Assembly: GCA_963666345.1 (NCBI GenBank)
Contig: OY762721.1
Location: 3,168,001-3,232,000 of the forward strand
Reading direction: 5' to 3'
DNA length: 64,000 nt
Source of the DNA: Desulfatiglandales bacterium
GTDB taxonomy: Bacteria; Desulfobacterota; DSM-4660; Desulfatiglandales; Desulfatiglandaceae
Notes under the pieces: generated by a model
What the model was told of the DNA's origin: nothing
Databases searched by the model: none
The model's input: the letters and a program-made list of their open reading frames with translations, nothing else
Shown here: positions 1 to 9,999 of the stretch, one piece after another
How the letters are laid out: each line of letters starts with the position of its first letter
How positions within the stretch are numbered: the first letter of the stretch is position 1
Program-made: the position numbers and the translations under genes

Positions 1-319
1 CCGATCGATCAAGGGCTGCCATGAGAACGATCAGTAAAAAAATATACCAGCAAATAATATGCCATGTTTTCAGGGCCAGTCGAAACGGGATAATATGCCG
101 ATATGAATGGAAAATAAAATTGGCTTTTAGCCGGGCAGGGAAAAATGGGGACAGGCCTGTGTCAGGTTTTTTTACTATCTGACAAAAAGAGGGGGTGATA
201 ACACCTGAAGCGGACTATTGCAGAGGCCTTCCATCCGGGGGGATAGGTCATAATTAAACAAATCCGCGTCTCAGGCATTTCAGATGCACTGTGACAGGAA
301 AGAGGTGAATCCTCGGCCT

Positions 320-1621
320 TTATCTCATGAGACCGGGGAGAAAGAGTGCGATACCGGGAAACGGTATCAGTATCATGGCGCATGCGATAAGGGCGAGCAG
401 GAATGGAAAGGCACCTTTAAAGATTGTCTGAAGCGGCACGTCCTTTGCCACTCCGTTTACCACATAGACATTTACCCCCACAGGAGGTGTTATCACTCCC
501 ATCTGTGTTACGAGTACAATAATTACACCGAACCAGATAGGATTGTAACCCATCTCCGTAACCACGGGGTAAAATATGGGTATGGTGAGGAGAATCAAGG
601 CCAGGGCGTCGATGAAACAACCGCCCACCAGGTAGATTAATATGATAAATGCCATAATGGCGAAATTGGGCAGGGGCATTTCACTGACCCAGGTTGCAAC
701 CGCATAGGGAATCCTGGTAATGGCCAGAAAATGGCCGAAAAGGGTTGCCCCTGCCACTATCACCATCACCATGCATGAAATTCTGGTGCTTTCGTAGACC
801 GCCTGCAGGCATTTTTTCCATGTGAGGCGTCTTCTGAGGAAACCCAGCAGGATCGCTCCTCCGGCCCCGATAGCGCCGGCTTCAGTGGGTGTGAAAAATC
901 CTACAAACAGGCCTCCCATGACCAGCACAAATAGCGCCAGGGTTTCACCCACCCCTGAAAGGGATATGATCTTCTGCCTGAAGGTCGTCTTTGGACCCTT
1001 GGGTGCAATGTCTGGCCTCAAGCTGACCCAGATATATATGGTGAGAGCGAAAAGCAGAGAGAGCAATATCCCTGGCAATACACCCGCCACAAAAAGCTTG
1101 CCGATCGACTGCTCGGTCAGAATTCCGTAAACAATGAAGATCACGCTCGGAGGGATGAGTATCCCGAGGCTCCCCCCCGCCGCTACAGTGCCGCTGCCCA
1201 GTGCCATGCCGTATTTATAGCGTTTCATTTCAGGCAGGGCGACCGTGGCCATGGTGGCTGCTGCGGCATTTGTCGAGCCGCATATTGCGGCAAAACCGGC
1301 ACAGGCGCCGATGGTGGCCATGGCAAGACCTCCCGGCATATGCCCTACAAAGGTATAGGCGGTGTCAAACAGGCGCCTGCTTATACCTGCATGAAAGGTT
1401 ATCTGACCCATAAGTATGAATAGGGGAACCACCGTGAGGCTGTATGAGCCGAAGACATTGAAGAAGTCCTTGGCCAGCATCCTCATCCCGGCCTCCCAGG
1501 AGACCACGTAGCTGAACCCCACGACCCCGAGAAGGGCCATTACAAAGCCTACAGGCATGCGCGAGAAAAGGATGATAATGAGTATGATTAATCCGATGAA
1601 ACCTACCGTTGTTGGGTCCAT
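320..1621 (-). CDS. dctM: TRAP transporter large permease (DctM)
   Basis: Highly hydrophobic; motifs GGSLGILIPPS, PTEAGAIG, ITPPVGVN; probable start at MDPTT (1621) rather than the ORF-track start; follows dctQ/dctP. Confidence 0.95.
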   Translation of the reverse strand: MDPTTVGFIGLIILIIILFSRMPVGFVMALLGVVGFSYVVSWEAGMRMLAKDFFNVFGSYSLTVVPLFILMGQITFHAGISRRLFDTAYTFVGHMPGGLAMATIGACAGFAAICGSTNAAAATMATVALPEMKRYKYGMALGSGTVAAGGSLGILIPPSVIFIVYGILTEQSIGKLFVAGVLPGILLSLLFALTIYIWVSLRPDIAPKGPKTTFRQKIISLSGVGETLALFVLVMGGLFVGFFTPTEAGAIGAGGAILLGFLRRRLTWKKCLQAVYESTRISCMVMVIVAGATLFGHFLAITRIPYAVATWVSEMPLPNFAIMAFIILIYLVGGCFIDALALILLTIPIFYPVVTEMGYNPIWFGVIIVLVTQMGVITPPVGVNVYVVNGVAKDVPLQTIFKGAFPFLLALIACAMILIPFPGIALFLPGLMR

Positions 1622-1664
1622 GGGGCTGCTCCCTTCAATCTGCGCCTTTTTATGAGTGCCCGAA

Positions 1665-2174
1665 TCACATAGCGTCTTTCCAGCGATACCAGGGTCCGGC
1701 CTTTCCTGCCACAACCCTCACGAAATCGACTATCAGAACCACGCAGACTACTGCCGAGGAAAAGGCAATTCCATACAGGACAGGGAAAAACGGGAATCGC
1801 AAAGTGAGAGATACCTCACCCGATGCACGAAAATCATTTCCGTATTGTATGGATTCCCATGCAAGAAGGGCGAAGAGAAATATGCCAAGAAGCTGAGAGC
1901 TCAGATATATAACTTTGCGGGTACCTGAAGGCAGGGCTGCTACAAGTACCTCAACCGCGACATGGCCCCTGTTGATAGTGGTGTGGGCCATGGCAAAGGA
2001 GGCAACGGCGGCCCCCAAGAACCCTACCAGCTCATAGGTGCCCAGAATGGGGTGCCTGAAGAGTCTCAGTATGACATCTGCACAGGTCAGGGCGGTCATT
2101 CCGAGGAGAGACCATCCTGCAATTATATTCAAGAAATCGGCGAGTCTTCGAACCTGTTTCGGGGCGGAGGACAT
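1665..2174 (-). CDS. dctQ: TRAP transporter small permease (DctQ)
   Basis: About 4 TM helices, 'DVILR..F..P', 'GHVAVE' motif, between dctP and dctM. Confidence 0.92.
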   Translation of the reverse strand: MSSAPKQVRRLADFLNIIAGWSLLGMTALTCADVILRLFRHPILGTYELVGFLGAAVASFAMAHTTINRGHVAVEVLVAALPSGTRKVIYLSSQLLGIFLFALLAWESIQYGNDFRASGEVSLTLRFPFFPVLYGIAFSSAVVCVVLIVDFVRVVAGKAGPWYRWKDAM

Positions 2175-2201
2175 GGCGTAACTCCCGTTTCTTTTTTTTA
2201 A

Positions 2202-2239
2202 GCAGTGAGATCACCCTTTTAGGAGCGTGATCTCACTGC
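2202..2239 (-). other. Intercistronic stem-loop between dctP and dctQ (mRNA stabiliser or partial terminator)
   Basis: Perfect 13-bp inverted repeat GCAGTGAGATCAC / GTGATCTCACTGC. Confidence 0.6.
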
Positions 2240-2250
2240 CTGGTTACAGT

Positions 2251-3279
2251 CTATTTCGCTGCGTATTTGTCGATGGATTCACGAATGAATTTAACATATT
2301 CATCACCCGGCAGGCCTTTATCCTTGAGTGATGATGCATAGTCGTCGATTACAGGAGAGACGGCCTTTGCCCAACGCGCGCTTTCCTCATTTGAAAGGGA
2401 GATAATCTTATTGCCCAGACTTTGGGTGTATTTCTTGCCCGCGGCGTCGGCAGTGTCCCACCCCTCTGCATGTTTGGCTATCCATTCCTTGCTGACCTCG
2501 TCAAAGACCTTCTGGATATCGGCGGGAAGCGCGTTCCATTTGTCCAGGTTCATGATTACATACATTGCCGTTGTGTAACCGACGCTGAAACACTCGGTAG
2601 TGGATTTGATCACTTCCGCCTGTTTCCAGCCCTTAAGTACCTCGATAGGGGCAAGGGTCCCTTCCACGACACCTTTTTGAAGGGCCTCATAGGCACCACC
2701 CTGTCCCATTGCAACGGGAACCCCACCAAGGGCCTTTGCGGCCTTTGCGCTGAAACCTGTGCAGCGGATCTTCAAACCTTTCAGATCCTCCATCTTATAT
2801 ACGGGTTTCTTGCTGTGGAGAAGTCCCGGGCCATGTGCATGCAGGTAGAAGAGTTTTACCTTTGAAATGGCCTTGGGCTTGAAGCGATTGTAAAAATCAT
2901 TGGCAACATAGGTAGCGACCTTGCCGCTCGGGTAACCCATCGGAAGGTCGAGCGCCTCCATTGAAGGGAATCTTCCTGCGGTGTAGGCGAAAAGAGACAT
3001 TCCGATATCTGAAACCCCCTTGACAACACCGTCGAACATGCCGGGTCCCTTTAATAGCGCCCCACCTGGGAAGTAAGTGAACTTTACCCTTCCATCGGTT
3101 CGTTTTTCTATTTCCTTTGCCCATGAGTCGCCCAGCTTTGCATTGAAATGGGAGGGCGGAAAGAAGTTGCTGTATGTGAGCATGATCGTCTTAGGTCCAG
3201 ACGCATGGGCGCTAATAAGGGGTAGTGCCATAATGCACAGACCCAGGATTGAGATTAAGAACCACTTTTTGTTTTTCAT
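2251..3279 (-). CDS. dctP: TRAP transporter substrate-binding protein (DctP)
   Basis: Signal peptide, 'DLKGLKIR', 'YEALQKGVVEG'; RBS GGAGG upstream. Confidence 0.95.
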   Translation of the reverse strand: MKNKKWFLISILGLCIMALPLISAHASGPKTIMLTYSNFFPPSHFNAKLGDSWAKEIEKRTDGRVKFTYFPGGALLKGPGMFDGVVKGVSDIGMSLFAYTAGRFPSMEALDLPMGYPSGKVATYVANDFYNRFKPKAISKVKLFYLHAHGPGLLHSKKPVYKMEDLKGLKIRCTGFSAKAAKALGGVPVAMGQGGAYEALQKGVVEGTLAPIEVLKGWKQAEVIKSTTECFSVGYTTAMYVIMNLDKWNALPADIQKVFDEVSKEWIAKHAEGWDTADAAGKKYTQSLGNKIISLSNEESARWAKAVSPVIDDYASSLKDKGLPGDEYVKFIRESIDKYAAK

Positions 3280-3559
3280 AATTTCCTCCCCTTAAAATTT
3301 AAATTGACGTCTTACCTAAACCGTACCCTTAAGTCCCACCTCCTTTCTTCATGGGCAATTGAACGGCTCAAAGTTATTAAACGGAAATCTTTGATGAACT
3401 CCATAGTTAAGAGTTAAGGGGTAAATAATAAGAAACCCAAAAGTGGAAAGCTTGATAACCGAAAGAAAAAATGACAAGACCATACATGAGTCCCCCATAT
3501 CCCTGGATGGAGTGCTCAGGCAAAAAAAAGAAAGGTAGCTATAAAATAATTACAATGTA

Positions 3560-3588
3560 TTTATAAGCCAGCGCTCATGGTCTGTCAA
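3560..3588 (-). promoter_or_regulatory. Sigma70-type promoter for the TRAP operon
   Basis: Minus strand TTGACA-17 nt-TATAAA. Confidence 0.55.
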
Positions 3589-4085
3589 GAAACTTTTGGG
3601 CCTCTTCCATCTAAAAACCGGAAGTCGATTTGTACCGGAATATAGGTCGGAGAACCTTTATGTGATGGATGCGACGGCTTATCTCTTTTCTACAGGTGGT
3701 GTAGGGGCAAAAACCGATTAGGAGATGTTAGGTGATCGCATATCAAGGAGAATTATCCACCAATGACGACCTAAGATAATATAATATGGAAAAAAGCTAA
3801 AAAGGTCAACATATTGGTGAAAACGTATAAAAACAGTAGATTAGTGCTATTATTTTTTTTGATAAATCAAATAAATATTAAAATCCTTGATTCACCATCA
3901 AAAACCCGGTATGGGAATTTGTTACTTTTCAGGGGTAAATCGATGCCGGGTTGCCTGGAACGGGATTTTCTACCGTATGTTGATCAGGTGGTGGGTTGCT
4001 GGAAATACAATCAAGGTAAAGGACCGGAGATAAGACATTTATGTGGTTAGGTGTCCGTGGAAAATAGCGTGGTCTCATGATGAGC

Positions 4086-4114
4086 TTGACAAACCTGAAT
4101 GGTATGTTTATAGT
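4086..4114 (+). promoter_or_regulatory. Sigma70-type promoter for the Gld-like ABC operon
   Basis: TTGACA-17 nt-TATAGT about 100 nt upstream of the ATG at 4213. Confidence 0.6.
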
Positions 4115-4212
4115 TGTTACCTATTATAATTAGTGTAATTATATCAATATGTTAGATTCTTGCAGTCATGGCTGGCTCTGACTGCAGTACTCTAAAAAAA
4201 GGAGTGTTGCCA

Positions 4213-5148
4213 ATGATTGAGGCAAAGAACCTCGTTAAGTACTTCGGTCATAAGTTGGCGGTCGATGATATATCCTTCACCGTTGAAAAGGGAGAGGTCC
4301 TCGGCTTTCTCGGACCCAATGCGGCTGGAAAGTCAACTACAATGAGAATGTTAACAGGTTTTATCTCTCCCAGTTCAGGCACCTCCGTTATCGGAGGGAG
4401 AGATATTGTAAAAGAGCCCTTTGAGGCGAGAAAAATGATCGGCTACCTTCCTGAAAACGCTCCAACCTACCCGGATATGACGGTAACCGGGTTCCTCGAA
4501 TTTATTTCAGAGATAAGGGGATTTTCAGGTAAGGAAAAATTTGCAAGGGTCGAAAAGGTACTTGAAAGATGCTTCCTTTCAGAGGTACGCTTTCAGACCA
4601 TCAATACCCTTTCAAAGGGATTCAAACAGCGGGTCTGTTTTGCCCAGAGTATCCTGCACGATCCTGAGTATCTGATCATGGACGAACCGACCGACGGGCT
4701 TGACCCCAACCAGAAGCACGAAGTGAGGGCCATGATAAAAGAGATGGCCCTGGACAAGGCTATAATACTTTCCACCCACAATCTAGAGGAGGTGGAGGCG
4801 ATCTGCTCAAGGGCGATCATCATAGCTAAAGGAAGGATCGTGGCAGATGATACCCCCTCGGGACTCAAGGCCGGGTCATCACTTCACGGGGCGATCTGCG
4901 TGACTCTCATGTGCGGTTGTGATGAAGCGGTCATTGAAGAGATCCGGGGACTTCCGGGAGTCGGTTCGGTTGAAACAGTGGAAAAGACGGAATCTGAAGT
5001 CACGCTTCGAATATTTGCTGAAGATGGCGGGGGGTGCGGTTCTCAGGATCTGATTCGGTTTTTTATGAAAAAGGAGATGCCGACGGAAAAAATATTCATT
5101 GAAGAAGGTCGTCTGGATGAGGTCTTCAGGAAGGTAACGACAAGTTGA
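4213..5148 (+). CDS. ABC transporter ATP-binding protein (GldA-like)
   Basis: Walker A GPNAAGKS, signature LSKGFKQR, Walker B LIMDEP; AAGGAG RBS before 4213. Confidence 0.92.
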   Translation: MIEAKNLVKYFGHKLAVDDISFTVEKGEVLGFLGPNAAGKSTTMRMLTGFISPSSGTSVIGGRDIVKEPFEARKMIGYLPENAPTYPDMTVTGFLEFISEIRGFSGKEKFARVEKVLERCFLSEVRFQTINTLSKGFKQRVCFAQSILHDPEYLIMDEPTDGLDPNQKHEVRAMIKEMALDKAIILSTHNLEEVEAICSRAIIIAKGRIVADDTPSGLKAGSSLHGAICVTLMCGCDEAVIEEIRGLPGVGSVETVEKTESEVTLRIFAEDGGGCGSQDLIRFFMKKEMPTEKIFIEEGRLDEVFRKVTTS

Positions 5149-5224
5149 TATCTGAAAACCGGTATCAGGATGCGGGTGCCGGTTAAAACAAAAATAAACG
5201 GAGATGCTTTAGAGGTTAATCTAT

Positions 5225-5956
5225 ATGACTAATATCTGGGCTATAGTAAAGAGGGAACTTGCAGGCTATTTCTGTTCGCCTGTGGCATATGTGTTTATCG
5301 TGATATTTTTACTGCTTTCAGGTTTTTTTACTTTTTCCGTAAGCCATTTCTATGAAAACGGACAGGCAGACCTGGCAGCCTTTTTCGGATGGCAGCCGTG
5401 GATTTTTCTTCTCCTGGTCCCGGCCGTAGGCATGAGACTCTGGGCCGAGGAACGGCGCACCGGAACTATAGAACTGCTCCTTACACTTCCTGTCACCCTT
5501 ACGGAGGCTGTTCTCGGAAAATTCATTGCAGCATGGCTGTTCCTGGCGCTTGCCCTGTTCTTGACATTTCCACTGGTCATCACAGTGGCATATCTGGGAA
5601 ATCCTGACATGGGCGCCATATTTTGCGCTTATTTTGGGAATATTCTAATGGCCGGGGCTTATCTGAGCGTGGGAAGCATGACTTCATCCCTGACCAGAAA
5701 TCAGGTGGTCAGTTTTATCCTTGCGGTGGTCATCTGCCTTTTCCTGGTCATTGCCGGGTGGACTCCGGTGACCGAGGTCCTTTCAGGTTGGGCCCCACTC
5801 TGGCTGGTTGAGACAATATCCAGTTTCAGTTTTATCTCCCATTTCTCCTCCATTCAAAGGGGAGTCCTGGATGCCAGGGATCTCATTTATTATGTCTCAG
5901 TGATATTTTTCATGCTCTATGCAAACGGCGTAATCCTGCTCAACCGCAGGACCTGA
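5225..5956 (+). CDS. ABC transporter permease (GldF-like)
   Basis: 'MRLWAEERRTGTIELLLTLP', about 6 TM helices. Confidence 0.9.
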   Translation: MTNIWAIVKRELAGYFCSPVAYVFIVIFLLLSGFFTFSVSHFYENGQADLAAFFGWQPWIFLLLVPAVGMRLWAEERRTGTIELLLTLPVTLTEAVLGKFIAAWLFLALALFLTFPLVITVAYLGNPDMGAIFCAYFGNILMAGAYLSVGSMTSSLTRNQVVSFILAVVICLFLVIAGWTPVTEVLSGWAPLWLVETISSFSFISHFSSIQRGVLDARDLIYYVSVIFFMLYANGVILLNRRT

Positions 5957-5972
5957 TAAAGGAGGATCTTAC

Positions 5973-7853
5973 ATGGTAAAAAAAAGAGGATATGATTCCA
6001 AAAAAATACTCCTCTCGTTAACCGGACTGGTAATACTGTTTGTCATACTTATCCTCGGCAATGTTCTGCTGTCATTTGCAAACATCCGTTATGACGCTAC
6101 AGAGGAAAAGATTTATTCCCTGTCCAAGGGTACGGAAAACATCATCTCGGCACTGGATGATAAGATTACCGTCAAGTTCTTCTTCAGCCGCAGTAATCCC
6201 GATTTTCCGGCGAATCTCAAGTTGTACGCCAAAAGAGTCAGGGATTTCCTTTCCGAGTACGAGAACTCAAGCGGCGGCAGGATAGACGTGGAAATATATG
6301 ATCCCAAGGCCGATTCCGATGAAGAGGAATGGGCCCTCAAATATGGGGTAAAGCCGATGCAGCTCGCCAGCGGGGAAAAGATCTTCTGCGGGCTTGTATT
6401 TCTTTCGCTTGAGCAGGAGCAGACGATCGGGCTGCTGGATCCTGCCAGGGAACCTCTTCTTGAATACGATATAACAAGAATAATAAATGACCTCAGGACG
6501 TTCAAAAAAAAGAAAATAGGAATTATCTCAACCCTGCCTGTTTTCGGCCAGCAGGGGTACCAGATGCCGGGGCAGCCCGGAAGCGAGGCCTGGTACTTTG
6601 TTACCGAGCTGAAAAAGACCTACGAACTGAGCAATATCCCGATTTCCTCGGAAAAGCTCGACAACTCTCTGGACCTATTGATAGTCATTCATCCCAAGGC
6701 CCTGAGTGAAAAATTGCTCTACGCGGTTGATCAGTATGTAGTATCAGGGGGTAATGCCATTATATTTGTTGATCCGGCCTGTGTCAGCGCGTCAACTCGG
6801 GGTCCCGGCGGCATGGTAAGGCCTTCAAGTTCTTCCATGGACAGGCTTTTTACGGCCTGGGGCATTTCAATGGATTCCACAAAGGCCGTGGTGGATTTTG
6901 ATCAGCCCACAAGACTCAGAACACGTGATAACCTTATAGAGAATAATCCTGCCTGGATTTCAGTCAGACAAGGGGCCTTCAATGAGTCGGATGTGGTGAC
7001 TTCCGGCCTTGAGAGGGTGTTACTGCCTGTTGCAGGGGCTATAAAGAAGACGGAAGGAAGTAGCTGCGAATTCGAGCATCTTCTGCAATCAGGCACAAAC
7101 GCGGGGCTGGTGGATCCATTTACCGCAAACGCAGAGGTGCGGGACATAAAAAAAGCGGTTGTGCCTTCAGAGAAACCGCTGAATCTGGCAGTGCGTGTCC
7201 GGGATATTTTCAAGACCGCCTTTCCTGAAGGCCTGCCTGAGTCAAAGAAGGAATCGGATAAAAAGGACCAGAATAGCAGCCACATAGATAAGGGTACAAA
7301 GAAAAGCACCATAATAGTAATTGCCGACGTGGACATGCTTGCGGACGGTTACTATATCTCTAAAGGCAGTTTCCTTGGCTTTCCCGTATCAGAGGTCTTC
7401 AACGACAATCTTAATCTACTCTCCAACGCAAGCGAGATGCTTACAGGCAGTGAGGATCTTATAGGACTGAGGTCAAGGGGTTCATTCGAAAGGCCCTTTT
7501 CCGTGGTTCTTGAGCTTGAAAGAAGGGCTCAGGAAAGATGGATGAGCAAAGAGAAGGAGCTTGTAAAAAGGGCGGAAGAGACAAACAGGCTTCTCAATGA
7601 ACTTCAGCAGAGAAAAGACGAATCGCAGAAACTGATAATAAGTCCTGAACAGGAGGCTGAGATAGCCAAGTTCCGTGAGCAGAAACGGGCAATCGACAAG
7701 GAGTTGAAAGAGGTCAGAAAAAAGCTGAGAGAGGATATCGAGGCCTTGGGTGCCATGCTGAAGGCGGTAAATATCTTTCTGATTCCACTTATTATATCGA
7801 TCTGCGGGATAGGATTTGCCGTTTACAGACAAAGAAGGATTAAGAAAAAATGA
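5973..7853 (+). CDS. GldG family ABC transporter auxiliary protein
   Basis: N-terminal TM, 'RYDATEEKIYSLSKGT', 'LEYDIT', 'DQYVVSGG', C-terminal coiled coil and TM. Confidence 0.88.
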   Translation: MVKKRGYDSKKILLSLTGLVILFVILILGNVLLSFANIRYDATEEKIYSLSKGTENIISALDDKITVKFFFSRSNPDFPANLKLYAKRVRDFLSEYENSSGGRIDVEIYDPKADSDEEEWALKYGVKPMQLASGEKIFCGLVFLSLEQEQTIGLLDPAREPLLEYDITRIINDLRTFKKKKIGIISTLPVFGQQGYQMPGQPGSEAWYFVTELKKTYELSNIPISSEKLDNSLDLLIVIHPKALSEKLLYAVDQYVVSGGNAIIFVDPACVSASTRGPGGMVRPSSSSMDRLFTAWGISMDSTKAVVDFDQPTRLRTRDNLIENNPAWISVRQGAFNESDVVTSGLERVLLPVAGAIKKTEGSSCEFEHLLQSGTNAGLVDPFTANAEVRDIKKAVVPSEKPLNLAVRVRDIFKTAFPEGLPESKKESDKKDQNSSHIDKGTKKSTIIVIADVDMLADGYYISKGSFLGFPVSEVFNDNLNLLSNASEMLTGSEDLIGLRSRGSFERPFSVVLELERRAQERWMSKEKELVKRAEETNRLLNELQQRKDESQKLIISPEQEAEIAKFREQKRAIDKELKEVRKKLREDIEALGAMLKAVNIFLIPLIISICGIGFAVYRQRRIKKK

Positions 7854-8995
7854 AATTCAAGAGTGTCGTTATACTGTCGATTGTGATGGCTGTCGCGGGG
7901 GCGGCCCTATTTGCCTTTTTGCAATTTAGAAACGAGGATCAGCCTGACCGTGAGCTTGGGGCCTATTTCCTGGAGGGGCTTCCGGCAAACAAGATAAACT
8001 CTATTGAAATAAAGTCGAAAGACGGGGCGGTTTCCCTCAAAAAGAGCGATTCCGAATGGGTTGTGACGGATCGCTACAATTACCCCGCTCAATTTTCAAA
8101 GATCTCAGGCCTTGTGAGGAAACTCAAGGATCTCAAGGTGGGAAGACGCTTTGAGGCCTCTGAGGGGAGCCTTGAAAGACTTTCACTTTACTCGCCTGAT
8201 GATCCTCAAGCCCCTGATAAGGCCGAGGGCACTCGGATTGAGCTCAAAGACGAAAAGGGAAATCTGCTTTCTGGGATAGTCCTTGGAAAGGTAAGAAAAA
8301 GCGGCCCTGACAGGAATATCTCCGACGGACACTATGTGATCAGGGATGGAGCCCCTGACATATATCTGGTCGACAAGCACTTTGAATATCTTGATAAGGC
8401 TCCTTCCGAATGGCTTGAAAAAGAACTTGTCAAAGTTGAGCAGAAAGATATCAAGGAGATAGTTTGTCTTGACAATAAAAAGGTACTGTTTTCTCTAAGG
8501 AAACAAAAGGAGGGTGAAGATTTCAGACTATCACCCATGAGAAAAGGGGAGAAGGTGAAGGAGCAGGCCGTAAAGAGGCTTTCTACCGCCATCTCTTCCC
8601 TGAGGCTTGAAGATGTTGCTGATCCTGGGCTCCCGCTCAAAGATACCGGGATAGATGAGACTCCCGACCTGGAATTCAGGCTGTTTAACGGGATGGTCTA
8701 TCGTCTGCTGCCGGGTAAATCGGTTGCTGATGAAGACGGATTCTATCTCAGGATCGTGGTATCATGCCAAAAGAAACCTGTGACTGAAAATAAGGCAACA
8801 GGCGATAAGGGGTCCGAGGAGGAGGGAGCCGAGGCTGAAAAGCTTGAAGAGGATACTCTTCCAAGGTCCGAGCAGTTGCGGAAACGTTTTTCTCCCTGGA
8901 CCTTCAAGATATCCAAGTGGCAGTATGAATCCTTTATCACTGAGAAAGATGAGTTATTCGAAACGCCTGAAGACAAAAAAAAGGAGGGGGCATAA
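7850..8995 (+). CDS. DUF4340-type periplasmic protein
   Basis: N-terminal anchor, 'YNYPA' motif, usual fourth gene of gldA/F/G-like operons, ATGA overlap with gldG. Confidence 0.75.
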   Translation: MKFKSVVILSIVMAVAGAALFAFLQFRNEDQPDRELGAYFLEGLPANKINSIEIKSKDGAVSLKKSDSEWVVTDRYNYPAQFSKISGLVRKLKDLKVGRRFEASEGSLERLSLYSPDDPQAPDKAEGTRIELKDEKGNLLSGIVLGKVRKSGPDRNISDGHYVIRDGAPDIYLVDKHFEYLDKAPSEWLEKELVKVEQKDIKEIVCLDNKKVLFSLRKQKEGEDFRLSPMRKGEKVKEQAVKRLSTAISSLRLEDVADPGLPLKDTGIDETPDLEFRLFNGMVYRLLPGKSVADEDGFYLRIVVSCQKKPVTENKATGDKGSEEEGAEAEKLEEDTLPRSEQLRKRFSPWTFKISKWQYESFITEKDELFETPEDKKKEGA

Positions 8996-9063
8996 TAATT
9001 GCCGAGACACAAAAAGTTGTCCGGATAAGCAGCCTGTGTGATAAAAAATATTACGGGCATGCG

Positions 9064-9231
9064 TGATCACTTAACTCGTCCCCTCCAGAAATGATTCATT
9101 TCTGGATGTTTCCTTCAGCTGTCAGCTATCAGCAAGTAGCCAACAAATTGATATCTCAAGTGTTTTACTGACTGTTGAGAGCTTATTGCTGATAGCGTGA
9201 GTCCATAAATCTTGATTTATGGATGATCACT
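9064..9231. repeat. Short palindromic MITE/REP-like element
   Basis: Two related hairpins (TCCAGAAATGA/TCATTTCTGGA at 9084-9106; TCCATAAATC/GATTTATGGA at 9202-9223), heptamer run TCAGCTG-TCAGCTA-TCAGCAA with opposing TTGCTGATAGC, flanked by direct repeat TGATCACT. Confidence 0.5.
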
Positions 9232-9368
9232 AACTCATAATTGTGAAATTATAGAAACAGGCAACGAAAGCTGGAGGATGAAACACGCAGCTTCATAGGT
9301 AAAAAAGAGCTCAACTCTTAAACTATTTAACCATTTTTTTACTCAAGGGTGGGTCAATTTTCAACGCC
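9230..9368 (+). pseudogene. istB: IS21-family remnant: 3' end of istB plus right-end repeat
   Basis: 9230-9298 translates LTHNCEIIETGNESWRMKHAAS*, matching the IstB C-terminal motif (DRLTHxCxIxETGNESWR); GGGTGGGTCAATTTTCAACGCC at 9347-9368 resembles an IS21 terminal repeat. Confidence 0.7.
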
Positions 9369-9488
9369 TGTCGGAAACCATTTTTACCTGTTCGGTATTT
9401 TCCCGGATTTTTAATACCTTGAACAAAGCGCTTCAGGGTTTATATTAAAAAGGCATGAGTTGCTTTATGAAAATCGGGGAGGTCTGAA

Positions 9489-9689
9489 ATGGGTGAAAAA
9501 ATCAATGACCTGAATGGCAGTTATTGTAAGATACCGGCAAAAAAGAAGGGGTGGTGGGGCAGATTTCTGGAAAAGCTCGAAAATTCCAGGGAAAATCAGG
9601 CCGCCTGTGTAGCCTGAGGGGGACCTGATGTCGTCCGGGCCGGACGAGAAAAATGGAATGAGAATAAAGGGATAAAGCAGGACCTTTGA
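9489..9689 (+). CDS. Candidate small CxxU selenoprotein, 66 aa (in-frame UGA at 9615-9617)
   Basis: GGAGG RBS; MGEKINDLNGSYCKIPAKKKGWWGRFLEKLENSRENQAACVA-U-GGPDVVRAGREKWNENKGIKQDL*; hairpin TCGTCCG-GGC-CGGACGA begins 13 nt after the UGA; selB is in the same window. Confidence 0.65.
9631..9647 (+). promoter_or_regulatory. Putative bacterial SECIS element
   Basis: Perfect 7-bp stem with a G-initiated apical loop 20 nt downstream of the in-frame UGA. Confidence 0.55.
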
Positions 9690-9775
9690 ATAAGGTTCAA
9701 ATTATTTCTGATCTGCATGGATTAAATTATTTGGTAATAGCAAGGGAATAAAACAGCAACTTGGATGATTTTTTT

Positions 9776-9806
9776 AAGGCAGGGTCTTTATGACCCTGCC
9801 TTTTTT
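9776..9806 (+). terminator. Rho-independent terminator after the small ORF
   Basis: AAGGCAGGGTC/GACCCTGCCTT stem followed by a T tract. Confidence 0.8.
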
Positions 9807-9827
9807 ATTGATCTTTTACGCGTTGAT

Positions 9828-9898
9828 AATATTTCGTATATAGATATTTTGTGTACGAAAAATATATCATTGACATGTCCTAACCTGCATGATATCTG
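9828..9898 (+). promoter_or_regulatory. Promoter and putative MarR operator upstream of marR-proVWX
   Basis: Inverted TTTCGTA...TACGAAA in AT-rich tandem palindromes (9828-9865), next to TTGACA-17 nt-TATCTG (9870-9898). Confidence 0.4.
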
Positions 9899-9999
9899 AT
9901 GATATGATTTCAGCTGGATATAATTTATGGTGAAAATTTAATTGCCAAATAAATAAATTTCCGCAGTAAACAGATCGTGAATCGAAAAGAGGTTAGCAA

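Noticed and set aside
1..120. Possible N-terminus of a minus-strand membrane protein running off the left edge (…LKTWHIICWYIFLLIVLMAALDRS)
   Set aside because: Too short, with no clear start or RBS to support a call
3290..3555. Riboswitch in the long dctP leader
   Set aside because: Only a weak hairpin; no recognisable aptamer consensus
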